Below are positions 51,125 through 59,858 of a stretch of 64,000 bases of DNA, piece after piece (the stretch's first letter is position 1; every line of letters begins with the position of its first letter). The DNA lies in NCBI GenBank assembly GCA_047973445.1, contig JBKEBY010000008.1, forward strand, positions 68,812-132,811, given 5' to 3'. A program made the translations under genes and the position numbers. The notes under the pieces are model-generated. The model had not been told where the DNA came from, did not search any database, and was given only the letters and a program-made list of their open reading frames with translations. This stretch comes from Pseudomonas sp. GTDB taxonomy: Bacteria > Pseudomonadota > Gammaproteobacteria > Pseudomonadales > Pseudomonadaceae.

Positions 51125-52681
51125 TCATAGTCGTAGCTCCACATCCTTATTGTCATCGATATAGCGAGCCTTCAATGTTTCAGCCAATGCCTGCTTGGCC
51201 TTTTGTTCACCATGCACCACCCGTATCTCAGTCGGCCACTGCTGCATCCCAGTCACAAAATCCACCAACCCGTTCTGATCCGCATGGGCAGAGTAGCCAC
51301 CGATGCTGCTAATGCCAGCGCGGATATCGAAGCGTTTACCATCCAGGTCTACATAGCCGCCTTTCGGGCCGTAGGTCTGGATGGCGTGCCCTGGCGTGCC
51401 TTTGGCCTGGTAGCCGACGAAAAGGACATTGTGCCTTTTATCGCCCAGCATGGCTTTCAGGTAGTTGACGATGCGGCCGCCCGAGCACATGCCACCGCCG
51501 GCAATCACGATGGCGGGGCGTGCGGTCCGGGTCAGGTGATTCACTATTCGTTGGTGTTCGCTGTGGCTGTCTATTGTAATGAGTTGTTCGAAGCCCAGCG
51601 GGCTGCGCCCGGATTGGACTCGGTCGCGAGCCTCCTGGTTCCAGAAGGGTTTCAGCTCACGGTAGGCTACGGTGAAGCGACTGGCCAGGGGTGAGTCGAG
51701 AATGATGGGAAGTTCGGGCCAGTTGGTTTCGGGCGTGTTGTCTGCCGTCTCTCCCCTCACCTCTTCCATCTCCGCAGAGGGAAGAGGGGGACGGTCGGAG
51801 TTGCTGTTCGCGAGCGAGCTCGCTCCTACAGAAGCGGAAGAAGCCTTGGAAGGAAGTAGATTTGCGAGTGAGCTCGCCCCAACAGAGCGCGTGTGGATGA
51901 TTTCTTCCAGTTCGTAGAGCAGTTCCTGGGTGCGGCCGATACTGAAGGCGGGGATCAGTACTGTTCCCCGGTCTTGCAGTGCTTGTTCGATGATGGCTTC
52001 GAGGCGTTGGCGGCGGGTTTGCCTGTCTTCATGAATTCGGTCGCCATAGGTACTTTCCAGCACCAGGATATCCGCACGTTCGGGCGGTTGCGGCGGCATC
52101 AGAAATGGCGCATGGGGTGCGCCCAGGTCGCCGGAAAACACTATCCGCTTGCTCTCCCCTGCCTGAGGATAATTAAGATCGATTTCCACGTAGGCGGAAC
52201 CAATGATATGGCCGGCACGTTGCAGGCGGATGCGCGCGTTCAGTTCGTCGGTATCTACCAACGTGAACCAATGCTGATAAGGCAGAGCAACGAGGCGGCT
52301 TTCAACAATGTCGATGTAACGCTCGATACGCTGCTGGTCGCGGCTGAAGCTCAGCTTGAAGGCATCTTCAAGAACGATGGGCAGGAGTTTTGCCGAAGCC
52401 TCGCTGCAAAGAATCGGCCCCTCGAAGCCTGCCGCCAATAGATAGGGAATACGCCCAACATGGTCGACGTGTACATGGGTGACCATCAACGCCTTGATGG
52501 AATCCAGCGGAAAGTCGATCGGTAGACGGCTACCGCCCTCGCCGCCTGGAATGGAAGCGTCGTCCCCTTGGAACAGGCCGCAGTCGACTAGAAGACTGGT
52601 CGTAGCATTCATGTCGAGCTGGTGGCAGGAACCGGTCACGCCGTCCTTGGCGCCGTGATGTTCGATCTGAGGATAGCCCAT
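51125..52681 (-). CDS. MBL-fold metallohydrolase, beta-CASP RNase (YSH1/CPSF73-like)
   Basis: THVHVDHVG, AGHIIGS, FSGDLG, LESTYG, YSAHAD and VHGE motifs. Confidence 0.92.
   Translation of the reverse strand: MGYPQIEHHGAKDGVTGSCHQLDMNATTSLLVDCGLFQGDDASIPGGEGGSRLPIDFPLDSIKALMVTHVHVDHVGRIPYLLAAGFEGPILCSEASAKLLPIVLEDAFKLSFSRDQQRIERYIDIVESRLVALPYQHWFTLVDTDELNARIRLQRAGHIIGSAYVEIDLNYPQAGESKRIVFSGDLGAPHAPFLMPPQPPERADILVLESTYGDRIHEDRQTRRQRLEAIIEQALQDRGTVLIPAFSIGRTQELLYELEEIIHTRSVGASSLANLLPSKASSASVGASSLANSNSDRPPLPSAEMEEVRGETADNTPETNWPELPIILDSPLASRFTVAYRELKPFWNQEARDRVQSGRSPLGFEQLITIDSHSEHQRIVNHLTRTARPAIVIAGGGMCSGGRIVNYLKAMLGDKRHNVLFVGYQAKGTPGHAIQTYGPKGGYVDLDGKRFDIRAGISSIGGYSAHADQNGLVDFVTGMQQWPTEIRVVHGEQKAKQALAETLKARYIDDNKDVELRL
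51807..51884 (-). repeat. Two direct REP copies inside the beta-CASP gene (54-nt period)
   Basis: TGTAGGAGCGAGCTCGCTCGCGAA and TGTTGGGGCGAGCTCACTCGCAAA; match the intergenic REP at 56556-56578. Confidence 0.85.
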
Positions 52682-52810
52682 GGTTATTCCTTTAACGATG
52701 TGCCAACGACTCGCTGCACTCTGTTCACGAGTCGGCTGAAAATTGAAAAAGGGAATTCTATCGGGTTTCGGCGCCGCTGAGGTGTCAGCGGCGTTCCGAG
52801 GGATGGATGG

Positions 52811-54091
52811 TTAGATTGCCGGTGCGGGCCGGCGCAGATTACGTATCAACGCGATGAACAAACCGAGCATGCCGCCGAGTACCAGGGCGAGTGCGACAAC
52901 CAGGGCCTTCTTGGGTTTGATCGGGCTGCTTGGCTCTACCGCGCGCTGGTCGATCGTGACCAGCTCGAGCGAGTCGGTATCCAGCTGCAGGGCACGCAGC
53001 CGGGCGGCCTCTTCGCGCCAGCCGGCTAGATCCTTCAGGAACAGGTCTTCATTTTCACGACTGTTGAGCGTTTCGATCTGACGGTTGTGCTCCAGCAGCT
53101 TGAGCTCACGGGCGATCTCGGCAATGCGGGGCTCGGTGAAATCGTCAGAACGGCGTGCCGACAGGGCTTTGCGCTCGGCCTCCAGTGCTTCGCTACCCAT
53201 GAAGTAGAGAGGAATCTGCTGATTGTTGACTTCGGTGCGGATCACACTGCCCTGGCTGGTAATCTTCGCAGCGCCGAGCGATGACGGTGTGGTGGGCTTG
53301 GTGATACCCAGTGAAGTGGCGATGCGTATCGCTTCATCGAGCTGGTTGATGCGGTTGTCACGGCGGGTCTTCAATTGTTGCCGCAGCGCTGCGAGCTCGT
53401 CGTTGAGCTGCGCGCGGTTGAGCGCATCCGCCTCGCTCAACTGGGCGATCTTGATTTCCTTGCTGGCCTCGTAATTGGCGCGTGCCGCGTCCATCTGGGC
53501 TTCGAGCTGATTGAGGCGGTTGCCGATGAGCGTCTCGAGGTCGGCCGCAATCTGTTGACGCACATTGGTCAGCGAGTACTGCACGAAACCGTTCACGACT
53601 TCAACGCCGTTGATGCTCTCCGGGTAGGTCAGCTGGATGCCGACAAAAGGCGTGGTGCCTTCAGCCTTCTTGGCATCAGGCTGCAGCAGTTTGAAGGCCC
53701 GATCATTGAAGGCCTCAAAGGTTTGCTCAAGGCTGCGACCGGGCTGAGTCAGGTCAGCGAACATCTGCTGATTATCACGAAAGAAGCCGAGCCGGTTGTC
53801 GTAGGAATCGAGCGCTGCGCTGACCTTAGCCAATGCTTGCTTGGGCGATAGCTCGTAGATACCCAGGTGGTTAAGCTCGTCGAGATCCTTGATCGCTGCT
53901 GGCCGGAGTATGCTCTGCACGTTGTAATAAGGTGTTGCGACCAGCGCATAGAGCAGCCCGACCGCACCCGACAGAGCAGTAACCGCGATGATGAGTGCTT
54001 TTTGCTTCCATAGCGCGCCGATAAGTTGAATTAGGTCAATCTCATCACTGGCAACTGGGCTTAGATGTTGCGGAGAGGCCACAGCGTTCAC
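52811..54091 (-). CDS. wzz: O-antigen chain length determinant Wzz (long form)
   Basis: DEIDLIQL, N-terminal TM, coiled coil and PIKPKKALVVALALVLGG; GTG start. Confidence 0.9.
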   Translation of the reverse strand: MNAVASPQHLSPVASDEIDLIQLIGALWKQKALIIAVTALSGAVGLLYALVATPYYNVQSILRPAAIKDLDELNHLGIYELSPKQALAKVSAALDSYDNRLGFFRDNQQMFADLTQPGRSLEQTFEAFNDRAFKLLQPDAKKAEGTTPFVGIQLTYPESINGVEVVNGFVQYSLTNVRQQIAADLETLIGNRLNQLEAQMDAARANYEASKEIKIAQLSEADALNRAQLNDELAALRQQLKTRRDNRINQLDEAIRIATSLGITKPTTPSSLGAAKITSQGSVIRTEVNNQQIPLYFMGSEALEAERKALSARRSDDFTEPRIAEIARELKLLEHNRQIETLNSRENEDLFLKDLAGWREEAARLRALQLDTDSLELVTIDQRAVEPSSPIKPKKALVVALALVLGGMLGLFIALIRNLRRPAPAI

Positions 54092-54374
54092 GTCGAATTC
54101 CGTTTCTTGAGTGGAGGGCGCGACAACTACGGCGCCAAGGCGGACTACACGAGAGCGGGAAGGTTCCGTCATTTCGCGATGAATGCATTTTGCCACCCAG
54201 ATCACAAAAGACAAGTTATTACAGCTGAAACCATGCGCTGTATGCATCCACTTCCAGGCAAGTGCGCTAGGAAAGGCTTTGGAACGCCACGGGCTGCTTG
54301 CGGGAGCCGACCTCGGTGCAACGTATTTGAAGTTACGAACCGTTGGGCCGGACGCGAAGCTTTTGGCTTACTGG

Positions 54375-54386
54375 CAGGCTACCGCC
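54375..54386 (-). promoter_or_regulatory. ops element (RfaH recruitment site)
   Basis: GGCGGTAGCCTG matches GGCGGTAGnnTG; intergenic and in the O-antigen transcription direction. Confidence 0.6.
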
Positions 54387-54432
54387 CGCATTCGCCGCGA
54401 AGGCGTGCTTCCCAAGAGTTTGCGACAGATGC

Positions 54433-55701
54433 TCAGAGGGATGGATGGCGCTCGGCGCTACGCACCATCAAGCAACGAACCAGCGCGATGAACACACCGA
54501 GCATTCCACCGAGCACGAGCCCTAATGCGATGATCATGGCTTTTTTCGGTTTGGCGGGATTCAGCGACTGGAGTGCAAGCTGGTCCAGCCTGACCAAGCG
54601 CAATCGTTCGGTATCGAGCTTGATTCCTTTCAAACGTGCCGCTTCCTCACGCAGCTCGGCAAGATCGGTCAGGTACAGGTCTTCCTGATCTCGCTCCTGA
54701 AGGATCTCGACCTCGCGATTATTTTCAAGCATGGCCAGTTCGGATTGAATCTCGGCAATACGAGGCTCGATGAAATCGTCCGACTCTCGGCTGGCGAGGG
54801 CATCACGCTCTGCCGTCAGCGCTTCGGTGCCCATGAAATACAAGGGTATCTCCTGGTTGGTCACTTCAGTGCGAATGACCTGCGTACCGCTGCGTGTGGA
54901 TTGCGTCATGGCCGAGGGCGTTGTCGGCGTGCGGATCTCCAGCGATTCCGCAATCTCGATTGCCTCGTTGAGCTTCTGAATACGGTTGTTCCGGCGTGTT
55001 TTCAGCGCCTCACGCAAAGCGGCGAGCTCATCCTGCAGACGGGCCCGGTTGAGGGCACTCTCTTCAAGCAGAGCCGCAATTGCCGCCTCCTTGGAGGCGT
55101 TGTAGCTTGCCCGCTGCGCTTCCATCTTCATGTCCAGGCTGGACAGGCGATTATTGATCAGGCTTTCGAGGTCATTGGCGATCTCCTTGCGCTCCAGCTC
55201 CAACACATGGGAGACAAAGCCATTCACCGCGGAAGCACCGTCCATCCCTTTGGGATAAGTAAGCTTGAGGCCGACAAAGGCACTGCGGTTATCCGTCTTC
55301 TTGGGATCGGGATGAAGCATCTCGAACGCCGTCTCGTTGAAGGCAGCAAAGGTCTGCTCGAGCGAGTCGCCACGCTTGGGGATATTTTGAAAAAGCTCCT
55401 GATTGTTCAGGAAGAAGTCCAGACGGTTGTCATAGGACGAAAGGCCACCCGCCACCCTGTTGATCGCTTCTTCGGGGGTCAGTTTGTAGATGCCTGTTTC
55501 ATTGAGCTGATCGAGATTACTCTGCGGAACGGGCCGCAGGTAGGTTCGGGTTTCATAGTAAGGCGTTGCTAGAAAAGCGTAGGCAGCGGCTATAACCGTG
55601 ACGATGAGCGTGACGCCGATGATGAGCAGCTTCTGCCGCCAGAGCGCACGAAACAGCTCGACCAGATCTATCTCATCAAGCGCAGGGGATTGTTGTTGCA
55701 C
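54433..55701 (-). CDS. wzz: O-antigen chain length determinant Wzz (long form, second paralog)
   Basis: DEIDLVEL, IPLYFMG and PAKPKKAMIIALGLVLGG. Confidence 0.9.
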   Translation of the reverse strand: MQQQSPALDEIDLVELFRALWRQKLLIIGVTLIVTVIAAAYAFLATPYYETRTYLRPVPQSNLDQLNETGIYKLTPEEAINRVAGGLSSYDNRLDFFLNNQELFQNIPKRGDSLEQTFAAFNETAFEMLHPDPKKTDNRSAFVGLKLTYPKGMDGASAVNGFVSHVLELERKEIANDLESLINNRLSSLDMKMEAQRASYNASKEAAIAALLEESALNRARLQDELAALREALKTRRNNRIQKLNEAIEIAESLEIRTPTTPSAMTQSTRSGTQVIRTEVTNQEIPLYFMGTEALTAERDALASRESDDFIEPRIAEIQSELAMLENNREVEILQERDQEDLYLTDLAELREEAARLKGIKLDTERLRLVRLDQLALQSLNPAKPKKAMIIALGLVLGGMLGVFIALVRCLMVRSAERHPSL

Positions 55702-55847
55702 GGTTCCTGGTTCCTTGTATTGATGTGCTTCAATGCAAAGCTTGCGAACCAGATTTCGTCCCTGGGGTGATCGGAAAGTTCCGCGGAATTGATGGCTGCC
55801 GACACCTCAGCAAGGCGCGACCTCGGATACAGCGACGTTGCGTTCAG

Positions 55848-56132
55848 CTATTCCTCTTCATTGACCCTATCCCGCAGCTCTTTCCCCGGCTTGAAGTGCG
55901 GGACGAACTTGCCATCGAGCGGAACAGATTGGCCCGTCTTGGGGTTCCGGCCAATGCGCGGGGCGCGGTAGTGAAGGGAAAAACTGCCGAAGCCGCGGAT
56001 TTCGATCCGGTCTCCGGTAGCGAGCGCCTGAGCCATCTGCTCGAGCATGGTCTTGATTGCCAGCTCCACATCCTTGGACGACAGCAGCCCTTGTTGGGTG
56101 ACGATTCGCTCGATCAACTCCGACTTGGTCAT
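55848..56132 (-). CDS. ihfB: Integration host factor beta
   Basis: [19 protein letters not shown] and GRNPKTG motifs. Confidence 0.97.
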   Translation of the reverse strand: MTKSELIERIVTQQGLLSSKDVELAIKTMLEQMAQALATGDRIEIRGFGSFSLHYRAPRIGRNPKTGQSVPLDGKFVPHFKPGKELRDRVNEEE

Positions 56133-56339
56133 GGTTTTCCCTTCGTTTTCAAGCGCCTAGATCATTTGACTTGCGCCTGTTTGTAGCACGTTGCTCAGAG
56201 CTTGAACAGCCCGCGTGCTTATTTATGAGGTCTGAATGGTTGACTGAAAGGTCAAGGATGTGATTATGGGAGGCGCCGCTGGCGGAGTTTGTGGTTCTTT
56301 TTCTGATGATTTTGTGTGGTCAGTCAGCTGCACCCGACC

Positions 56340-56744
56340 TGTCGGAGCGAGCTTGCTCGCGATCAGCATTCGGTGAGCCCGGATTAACCAAGCCACTGAA
56401 AACTCGCGAAGCGAGTTTCCACGCGGGGCAGGAAGGCAACTCGGATAAGCGAACTCCGCACCGCGTGGATGGCTTCGGCCATCCACCCTACGTCAGGCGC
56501 CAGATCGCCAGCAAGCTGGCTCCTACGGAACACTGCAGACGGCGGCGGTTAGTTTTGTAGGAGCGAGCTTGCTCGCGATCAGCATTCGGTGAGCCCGGAT
56601 TAACCGAGTCACTGAAAACTCGCGAAGCGATTTTCCACGCGGGGCAGGAAGGCGACTCGGATAAGCGAACTCCGTACCGCGTGGATGGCTTCGGCCATCC
56701 ACCCTACGTCAGGCGCCAGATCGCCAGCAAGCTGGCTCCTACGG
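56340..56744. repeat. Tandem pair (216-bp period) of composite REPIN elements
   Basis: Units 56340-56528 and 56556-56744 are near-identical, each bounded by inverted GTAGGAGC-type REPs and enclosing a GTAGGGTGGA-type REP. Confidence 0.9.
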
Positions 56745-56784
56745 GATGCGGGAACCGTCGGGCGCTGGGCTTTCTGACAGATAC

Positions 56785-56819
56785 AAAAAAGGCGAGCTGA
56801 TCAGCTCGCCTTTTCTTTT
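56785..56819 (-). terminator. Bidirectional terminator downstream of deaD
   Basis: AAAAAA-GGCGAGCTGATCAGCTCGCC-TTTTCTTTT. Confidence 0.85.
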
Positions 56820-56830
56820 CTGCTTAACCC

Positions 56831-58492
56831 TCAGTCCTCGCGATAGCGACGCAGTTTCAACTGCTTGCCGCCGACACGGGTGTCCTTGAGCTTGCCCAGC
56901 AGGCGTTCGAGGCCTTCTTCGGGCAGTTCTACGAGGCTGAAGCTGTCACGCACCTGGATGCGACCGATGGCGTCGCGGGCCAGGCCGCCTTCGTTGAGGA
57001 TGGCACCGAGCAGGTTACGCGCGGCAATGCCGTCGCGTGCGCCCAGCGGGGTACGGCAGCGGGCGCGGCCTTCGGCCAGCGGCATCGGCGCACGGCGCTC
57101 GCGATCACCACTGCGTTCTGGACGATCGGAACGCTCACGCGGACCACTGGTTGGCACCAGCGGCTGTTCCTTTTCCACTTCGGCCAGAGTAAGCGCCTGA
57201 CCGTTGGTAGCCTTGCGCAGCAGCGCAGCAGCCAAGGCACGCGGGCTGCAGCCAATATCGGCAATCAGCTTGTCGAGCAGTTCGCCATGACTGGCTTCGG
57301 CATCGGCCACCAGCGGCGCAAGGCCGTTGGTGAGTTTCTTGATGCGCGCGTCCAGCACCTGCTGGGCGTTGGGCAGGCGCACTTCGGCGACCTTCTGGTT
57401 GGTCACGCGCTCTATGACCTGCAGCATGCGGCGCTCGCGCGGGGTGACCAGCAGCAGCGCGCGGCCATCGCGGCCGGCGCGACCGGTACGACCGATGCGG
57501 TGCACGTAGGACTCGGGGTCGTAGGGCATGTCCACGTTGAATACGTGCGTGATGCGCGCCACGTCCAGACCGCGAGCGGCAACATCGGTGGCCACGACGA
57601 TATCCAGACGGCCGTCCTTGAGCGAGTCGATGACGCGCTCGCGCTGGTTCTGGGCGATGTCTCCATTCAGTGCAGCAGCCTTGTAGCCCTTGGCTTCCAG
57701 CGCGGTGGCCAGATCCAGAGTGGCCTGCTTGGTACGCACGAAGGCGATCAGCGCGTCGAAATCCTCGACTTCCAGTAGGCGCAGCACAGCCGGGATCTTC
57801 TGGTCGGCATGGACCATCAGGTGTGCCTGCTCGATGCGCGCCACGGTCTGGGTCTTGGCGGCGATCTTGATGTGCTGCGGCTCGCGCAGGTGCTTCTCGG
57901 CGATGGCGCGGATCGAGTGCGGCAGCGTAGCGGAGAACAGTACGCTCTGACGGCTTTCCGGCATGGCTTCGAAGATCACTTCCAGATCATCCATGAAGCC
58001 CAGCTTGAGCATCTCGTCGGCTTCGTCGAGTACCAGGAACCTGATGGTCGACAGCAGTGCGCTGTTGCGGCTCAGATGATCGACCAGACGGCCGGGGGTA
58101 GCGACGATGATCTGCGCGCCCTGGCGGATGGCCTTGAGCTGCGGCCCCATCGGTGCGCCACCGTAGATGGCAACGACGCCAACGCCGGGCATCTGCTTGG
58201 AATAGGTTTCGAACGCGGTGGCAACCTGCAGCGCCAGCTCGCGGGTCGGCGCGAGAATCAGCGCCTGCGGCTCACGCTTGGCCGGGTCGATCTTGGACAG
58301 GATCGGCAGCGCGAAGGCGGCTGTCTTGCCGGTACCGGTCTGCGCCTGGCCGATCATGTCGTGACCGCCAAGGATCACCGGGATCGCCTGAGCCTGGATG
58401 GGGGATGGTTCTTCGTAGCCGACTGCGCTGATGGCAGCCAGTACGGCGGAGTGAATACCGAGTGCGGCAAAGCCGCCGATTTCCTGGGTCAT
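56831..58492 (-). CDS. deaD: DEAD-box RNA helicase DeaD/CsdA
   Basis: AQTGTGKT, PTRELA, DEAD, SAT and HRIGRTGR motifs; C-terminal DbpA RNA-binding domain. Confidence 0.93.
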   Translation of the reverse strand: MTQEIGGFAALGIHSAVLAAISAVGYEEPSPIQAQAIPVILGGHDMIGQAQTGTGKTAAFALPILSKIDPAKREPQALILAPTRELALQVATAFETYSKQMPGVGVVAIYGGAPMGPQLKAIRQGAQIIVATPGRLVDHLSRNSALLSTIRFLVLDEADEMLKLGFMDDLEVIFEAMPESRQSVLFSATLPHSIRAIAEKHLREPQHIKIAAKTQTVARIEQAHLMVHADQKIPAVLRLLEVEDFDALIAFVRTKQATLDLATALEAKGYKAAALNGDIAQNQRERVIDSLKDGRLDIVVATDVAARGLDVARITHVFNVDMPYDPESYVHRIGRTGRAGRDGRALLLVTPRERRMLQVIERVTNQKVAEVRLPNAQQVLDARIKKLTNGLAPLVADAEASHGELLDKLIADIGCSPRALAAALLRKATNGQALTLAEVEKEQPLVPTSGPRERSDRPERSGDRERRAPMPLAEGRARCRTPLGARDGIAARNLLGAILNEGGLARDAIGRIQVRDSFSLVELPEEGLERLLGKLKDTRVGGKQLKLRRYRED

Positions 58493-58959
58493 GGGTCTTT
58501 CCTGAGGCTCCGCAAAGACCCATGTTCCGAAGCTGCGCATGCCATGCAACACCCGAAGGTCACCCTGGCAGCCTGGTCGGCGGGGTTTGCGAAAACGTAT
58601 GAATGATGAATCGTCAAGGATAGCTCGAAAGCTGACAGCAGCCGAAGCAGCGCTTCGTATTGTTGCGGCACCTGAACGCGGGCTGATTTCAGCCGGCGCG
58701 TACTATACCGGAAAAGCCGGGATGCGTGCGTATGGTGTTCGTTTAATTATTGGCCGAGCGGTGAGTCCCCCTCTCCCTTGAGGTGGACGATATCTGAAGC
58801 CTGAGCGAAATAGCATTCACTGCGGGGGCGCGGCTTCACAAAAGCGGCGCGTGGCTTTGGCTTTCTGTGGGTATCGAAGCTTTACCTTGCAGCCAGGCCA
58901 GAGCCGGACTAGGGCGTGATAGCATGGCGCGTTGCTCCTCTCACAACCGATCACGAGTC

Positions 58960-59397
58960 ATGGCCGAACACGATTTTCGCTACAACCTGCTCAACCCCGC
59001 GTATACCCTCACCGAATGCCGCGCGCTGGCGCCGGGACGCTATCAGGTCACTGGTAACGGCGGCTCGATCCGTAGCGGGGACGTGCTGATCGTCACCCTC
59101 AAGGGCAGCCGCGATCTGTCGCAGCGCCTGACCGTGGACAAAGTCCGCCACCTGATCAATCCACCCGGCCAATGGACAGCCATGGCCAGCGGTCCGGTGT
59201 TCCACGAGCTGGCGATACACAACTGGCAGGTCGACTGCGACGGCTGCGGCAAGCAACTGGATTTCGAATTCGCGGTGGACGCCAAGTCCGGCGAAGCCGC
59301 TCGAGCCCCTGCCGCCGAAGCACGCATCGCCGAACTTGGTTGGACGAATGTTAGTGGTCGCCACCTTTGCCCCGGTTGTCAGGGAGTTCAACAATGA
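58960..59397 (+). CDS. Conserved hypothetical protein with CxxC pairs (putative Zn ribbon)
   Basis: CDGC and CPGC motifs; ATGA overlap with the next gene. Confidence 0.75.
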   Translation: MAEHDFRYNLLNPAYTLTECRALAPGRYQVTGNGGSIRSGDVLIVTLKGSRDLSQRLTVDKVRHLINPPGQWTAMASGPVFHELAIHNWQVDCDGCGKQLDFEFAVDAKSGEAARAPAAEARIAELGWTNVSGRHLCPGCQGVQQ

Positions 59398-59795
59398 AAT
59401 CGCAGATCCTGCTTGGCCTGACGGCCCTCACCACGGCTGGCTGCGCGGTCGAACCGCTGGCGTTACAGAATGACGTGACCTACATCGCCGAATGGATCGG
59501 CGACGAACCCGTCATTGGTCGCACGCCCCTTTCCCTGACCTTCAACGAAGACCGGGTTTATGGCAATGCCGGCTGCAACCACTGGTTCGCCACTTACGAG
59601 CGCAACGGCCAGCAGATTCGCTTCAGCAACATTGGCAGCACACGCAAGATGTGCCCTGAACTCATCATGAAGCAGGAACATCATTTCCTGGATTTGCTGT
59701 CGCAGGTCGAACGCTGGGACGTCTCCAACATCGATCAGTTGCGCTTCTGGCCTGCTGAGGGCGCACCGATCCGAGTGTGGCCGGAACAGAACTGA
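59394..59795 (+). CDS. META domain lipoprotein (HslJ-like)
   Basis: Lipobox TAGC; GNAGCNHW and STRKMCP motifs. Confidence 0.88.
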   Translation: MKSQILLGLTALTTAGCAVEPLALQNDVTYIAEWIGDEPVIGRTPLSLTFNEDRVYGNAGCNHWFATYERNGQQIRFSNIGSTRKMCPELIMKQEHHFLDLLSQVERWDVSNIDQLRFWPAEGAPIRVWPEQN

Positions 59796-59804
59796 GTACG
59801 CCGC

Positions 59805-59838
59805 GAGAGTGCGAATCGCCCGATATCGCACTCTCTTT
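59805..59838 (+). terminator. Hairpin between convergent META and mshQ genes
   Basis: GAGAGTGCGA...TCGCACTCTC followed by TTT. Confidence 0.6.
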
Positions 59839-59858
59839 CATGCATAGAACCGTAAGCG

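Noticed and set aside
52526..52537. Second GGCGGTAG (ops-like) on the minus strand
   Set aside because: It lies inside coding sequence and lacks the nnTG tail.
56240..56255. TTGAC-N6-GTCAA palindrome upstream of ihfB as an ANR box
   Set aside because: The spacer is 6 nt rather than 4, and no regulator can be assigned.
56223..56560. ORFs of 87-89 aa across the repeat array
   Set aside because: They are translations of REP sequence (IASKLAPT) with no RBS or coding signal.
56340..56744. Possible CRISPR array
   Set aside because: There are only two long near-identical units made of REP palindromes, with no unique spacers and no cas genes.
58761..58790. CCCCCTCTCCCTTGAGG fragment resembling a BoxC-like repeat
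   Set aside because: It is too short and lacks the complementary arm.
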